This document shows, piece after piece, positions 61,134 to 64,000 of a stretch of 64,000 nt of DNA. This stretch comes from Thermoanaerobaculia bacterium (GTDB lineage Bacteria; Acidobacteriota; Thermoanaerobaculia; Multivoradales; JAIOJS01), in the NCBI GenBank assembly GCA_030429235.1, contig JAUIDB010000010.1, positions 13,334 to 77,333 of the forward strand, written 5' to 3'. A program made the position numbers and the translations under genes. Every line of letters starts with the position of its first letter. Position 1 is the first letter of the stretch. The notes under the pieces were generated by a model. The model was not told the DNA's origin. It saw only the letters and a list, made by a program, of their open reading frames with translations, and ran no database searches.

Positions 61134-61598
61134 CTATCCTGCGGGGGTGTCTTCTTCGAGGAGCAGGGGAGCGAGATGGTTGAGAACGGTGCGGCGGGTG
61201 ATCATGCCCACGAAACGGCCCTCCTCGAGAACCGGGAGGGTCTTTCGGCGATGCTCGACGATCAAACCCACGACCTTGATCAGACTGTCGTCCGGTGCCA
61301 CCGCGTCGATCTTGGTCGACATCAGGTCGCGCACCAGTACCTTACGGATCCGTGGCGCTCGCTCCTCGAGGTAGTCGGCGTGGACTACGTCGGCGAGCTT
61401 CAGATCGAGATCGAGGTAGAGCGGCACGAACTTCTTGAGCAGGTCGTGGACTCCGACCAGACCGAGGAGTTCTCGTTCTGGACCGAGTACCGCGGCCGTG
61501 GCCTGCCGACTGGCCAGGACCCTCGGCAAGAGGGTACCCAAGGCCTCGTCTGGGTAGGTCGTCAGCGGATCGTCGAGGAGGGCGTCACGTACGAGCAT
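61134..61598 (-). CDS. CBS-domain pair protein
   Basis: Start re-set to ATG 61598, since the track's 393-aa ORF has an Arg/Pro-rich N-terminal extension overlapping the SDR gene. Two CBS-like units (LLGLVGVHDLL and FVGMITRRTVL). It lies 29 nt upstream of the permease gene. Confidence 0.75.
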   Translation of the reverse strand: MLVRDALLDDPLTTYPDEALGTLLPRVLASRQATAAVLGPERELLGLVGVHDLLKKFVPLYLDLDLKLADVVHADYLEERAPRIRKVLVRDLMSTKIDAVAPDDSLIKVVGLIVEHRRKTLPVLEEGRFVGMITRRTVLNHLAPLLLEEDTPAG

Positions 61599-61759
61599 GG
61601 TGGGCTTCGCGAGGGGGCGGGAACGCAGTCGAATCGACTGCGCCCCGGACCCTACACCAGGACGCCGAGGATTTCGAGGGTCTCGGCCAGGGAGTACCGG
61701 CGGCGCAGCGTCCAGTGCCATGGCCTCATCCCGACGAGGCCGTGGCGGTCGGAACGAGA

Positions 61760-62464
61760 CTAGAACGGATTCGTGGCGAAGACGGCGAGTTCGGGGATGA
61801 ACCCGCGGTCGTTCATCTCGAGACCGTTGACGATCGCGGCGGCAATGTCTTCGGGACGGAGCTTCTTCGCATCGCCGGGATCCTGGGCCAGACCGGCTCG
61901 AGGGTAGAAGTCGGTGACCACCTCCGAGGGGTTGATCAAGAGTACGCGGACGTCGTGGCGTCGCAGTTCGTCGCGCCAGCAGTCGTTCATCCCGCGCAGG
62001 GCAAACTTGGACGAGGAATAGGCGGTGCCGCCGGCGAAACCCTTCAGGGCAGCGGTCGAGGCGACGTTGACGATCGCGCCCGAGCGCTGAGCCACCAGGT
62101 GGCGAGCGACCTCGCGCGCGACGAGAAACGCTCCGAAGACGTTGGTCTCGTAGACTCGTCGCAGGTCGCTGAGTTCGGTCTCGAGCAGAGGGGCGAAGGT
62201 ACCGAACCCGGCGTTGTTGACGACCGCGTCGATGCCCCCGAACTCCTCGACGAAACGCGCCACCATCGCGACGACCGTCGCCTCGTCGCTGACGTCCCCG
62301 GGCAGCGCCAGACATCCGAGTTCCGCCGCGGCCTCGGCCAGGCGCTCGGGGTTCCTTCCGTTGATGGCCACGCGAGCCCCACGGGCGACGAGGGCCGCGG
62401 CGGTGGAGCGACCGATGCCGCTCGATCCCCCGGTGACGAGGATTCGACTGTTCTTGAGTTCCAT
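61760..62464 (-). CDS. Short-chain dehydrogenase/reductase (SDR)
   Basis: TGGSSGIG cofactor motif, NNAG, and catalytic YSSSK (YxxxK). Confidence 0.9.
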   Translation of the reverse strand: MELKNSRILVTGGSSGIGRSTAAALVARGARVAINGRNPERLAEAAAELGCLALPGDVSDEATVVAMVARFVEEFGGIDAVVNNAGFGTFAPLLETELSDLRRVYETNVFGAFLVAREVARHLVAQRSGAIVNVASTAALKGFAGGTAYSSSKFALRGMNDCWRDELRRHDVRVLLINPSEVVTDFYPRAGLAQDPGDAKKLRPEDIAAAIVNGLEMNDRGFIPELAVFATNPF

Positions 62465-62475
62465 GGCAGGCTCCT

Positions 62476-64000
62476 TCAGGGGGTCTCGGTGGCGAGTTCG
62501 AGCAGGGCGGCGGTCATCATCTTCAAGTTGAGTTCGACCTGGTCTCGGGTGACGAACTCATGTTCGCTGTGGCCGGTGTACGGAGTGTTCGGCATCGACG
62601 GGCCGAAGTTGACGGCTCCCGGCAGCAGCTTGGCGTGGGTGGATCCCCCGATCGCCACCGGTTGGGCGTCTGCCTGACCGGTGTAGTGGCGGTAGACCGA
62701 GAGTAGGGTAGCGACGTGGGGAGCGTCGCGCTGGTCGATCGGGTCGCTGACGCTAACCTCGAGTTCGGCGAATCCGCGGCCTGGATCCTGTTCCCGTTGC
62801 CAGGCGGAGAGCGCATCCAGCGTCGCGGCCATGACGGCCTCTCGACTCCTTCCCGAGGGACGGCGGAAACTGATCCCGAGTTCGAGCTTCCAATCTTTGC
62901 TGCGCACTCTCGCCGCGGTCAGGGTCAGGCGTCCCATGAACTCGTCTTGGTAGGCGAGGTCTCCGAATCGGCCCGCGTAGTTCCCTCTCCCGACCAGGTC
63001 GTCGATCAGGCGTACGACCCCGGCGGCGGCGCTGGGGGGCCAGTCGACGGTGGCGAGGACGGTCGCCAATCGCGTCAGGGCGTTGTCACCCTCCTCCGGT
63101 ACGCTGGAGTGAGCCCCCGTACCGCTGGCCGAGATCTGCAGCTGGTCTCCGGTTCGCTGCAGGGTCACCAGACCGCCACCGTAGGCGGCGATGGCGGTGC
63201 CGAGTTCCTTCTCGATCGCCTCGGTGGCTCGATCGACGGTGGCTGAAGCGCGGCTCGGGACGATCGACAGGCCGGTTCCGGCCTCCAGGTGGGACAACCA
63301 GGGTTCTTCGAGGCCCAGGCCATCGCCCCAGAGCGGGAAGAAGACGTCGACGCCGCCCCAGGCCTTCTCGGCGACGGTGACCGGATAGCTCGAGTCGAAC
63401 ACGACGTTGAGGGGGGGAGGCGGGTGGTCGACGAGATAGTTGCGGAACGGATTCCAGTCGAGTTCCTCGCTGAGGGAGACGATCAGTTCGATGCGGCGCT
63501 GCATCGGGCGTCCGGAGTCGGCGACGGCCTTCATGGCGTAGAGGGCGACGGCGATGGCTCCTTTGTCGTCTTCGGTGCCCCGGCCGATGAGCCGGCCCGG
63601 CTCGGTCTCGGCGTCGAGCGTGAAGGGGTCCTTGGCCCACTGGCTGGCATCGACCGGTTGCACGTCGCCGTGGGTGACGAGTCCGAGGCGGTCCTTCGAA
63701 TCACCGAGACCGACGACCACCACGAGTCCGTGGTCCTCGACGTCGAAGCCGAGTTCGGCGGCGCGCTCGGCGAGGTAGCGTCGGATCTTTACGTACTCCT
63801 CGAGCTCCCCGTCGGCGGGTTGTTCGAGTTTGAAGGTACGGAAGGAGACGAGGTCGGCGAGGGTCTCGATCGTCGGCTCCAGATACCGGGCGGCCGCGGC
63901 CTCGCCCAGTTGGAGATTCTCCGTCGCCGGTTCGGGCAAGGACCAGGCAGGCGAGGCGATGGCCAGGAGGCAGACCACCAGCGGAGATCGGAGGAGAAGG
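62476..64000 (-). CDS. Secreted M20 family metallopeptidase (dipeptidase-like); the N-terminal signal peptide probably begins beyond the window end
   Basis: LVTHGDVQPV, GRGTEDDKGAIAVALYAMKAV and SLSEELDW (metal ligands of M20). The reading frame stays open upstream of the GTG at 63978 (..LLLRSPLVVCLLAIASPAWS) to position 64000. Confidence 0.8.
   Translation of the reverse strand, partial: LLLRSPLVVCLLAIASPAWSLPEPATENLQLGEAAAARYLEPTIETLADLVSFRTFKLEQPADGELEEYVKIRRYLAERAAELGFDVEDHGLVVVVGLGDSKDRLGLVTHGDVQPVDASQWAKDPFTLDAETEPGRLIGRGTEDDKGAIAVALYAMKAVADSGRPMQRRIELIVSLSEELDWNPFRNYLVDHPPPPLNVVFDSSYPVTVAEKAWGGVDVFFPLWGDGLGLEEPWLSHLEAGTGLSIVPSRASATVDRATEAIEKELGTAIAAYGGGLVTLQRTGDQLQISASGTGAHSSVPEEGDNALTRLATVLATVDWPPSAAAGVVRLIDDLVGRGNYAGRFGDLAYQDEFMGRLTLTAARVRSKDWKLELGISFRRPSGRSREAVMAATLDALSAWQREQDPGRGFAELEVSVSDPIDQRDAPHVATLLSVYRHYTGQADAQPVAIGGSTHAKLLPGAVNFGPSMPNTPYTGHSEHEFVTRDQVELNLKMMTAALLELATETP

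Noticed and set aside
1-64000. Scan for CRISPR arrays, tRNA/rRNA genes, transposases, integrases, phage genes, toxin-antitoxin pairs or classical defence genes (nucleases, helicases, methyltransferases).
   Set aside because: I saw no regularly spaced direct repeats, no cloverleaf-like sequences in the intergenic regions inspected, and no ORF with recognisable motifs of these classes. This was an eye scan; tRNAscan-SE, Infernal, CRISPR finders and defence-system HMMs should confirm it.

Overview
High-GC (roughly 70% in spot counts) bacterial chromosomal window with a Gram-negative-type envelope. It shows a POTRA outer-membrane protein, small OM beta-barrels and lipoboxes. I could not find any rRNA, tRNA, CRISPR array, transposase or integrase. 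About 50 credible CDS are supported, and they fall into three groups. (1) Secreted or surface repeat proteins: LVIVD propeller, ELWxxDGT repeats, Kelch-like, ankyrin, VWA, GGAI beta-helix with a lamin-tail domain, and PD40 plus amidohydrolase. (2) Signalling genes: a Ser/Thr kinase next to an FHA/sigma-54 activator, an NtrC-type two-component operon, two ECF sigma/anti-sigma pairs, PadR, HxlR, and a HEAT plus HD-GYP-like pair. (3) Hydrolases: M28 and M20 peptidases, two esterases, and two sulfatase-fold proteins with Thr in place of the formylglycine Cys/Ser. The main hunt results are as follows. Four unrelated secreted proteins end in a near-identical (L/I)FADGFESGD-xx-W tail that I cannot match to a named sorting signal. 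Two divergent small OM beta-barrel genes carry facing sigma-54 -24/-12 promoter matches, next to a tightly coupled POTRA-OMP / periplasmic protein / histidine kinase / sigma-54 regulator operon. A full-consensus sigma-54 promoter lies in front of a Kelch-like gene inside a lower-GC island of eukaryote-like repeat proteins. An FHA-type enhancer-binding protein has a degenerate GAFTGA loop. A 78-aa RF-1 domain ORF lacks GGQ. All functional calls come from reading motifs by eye; no database search was run.
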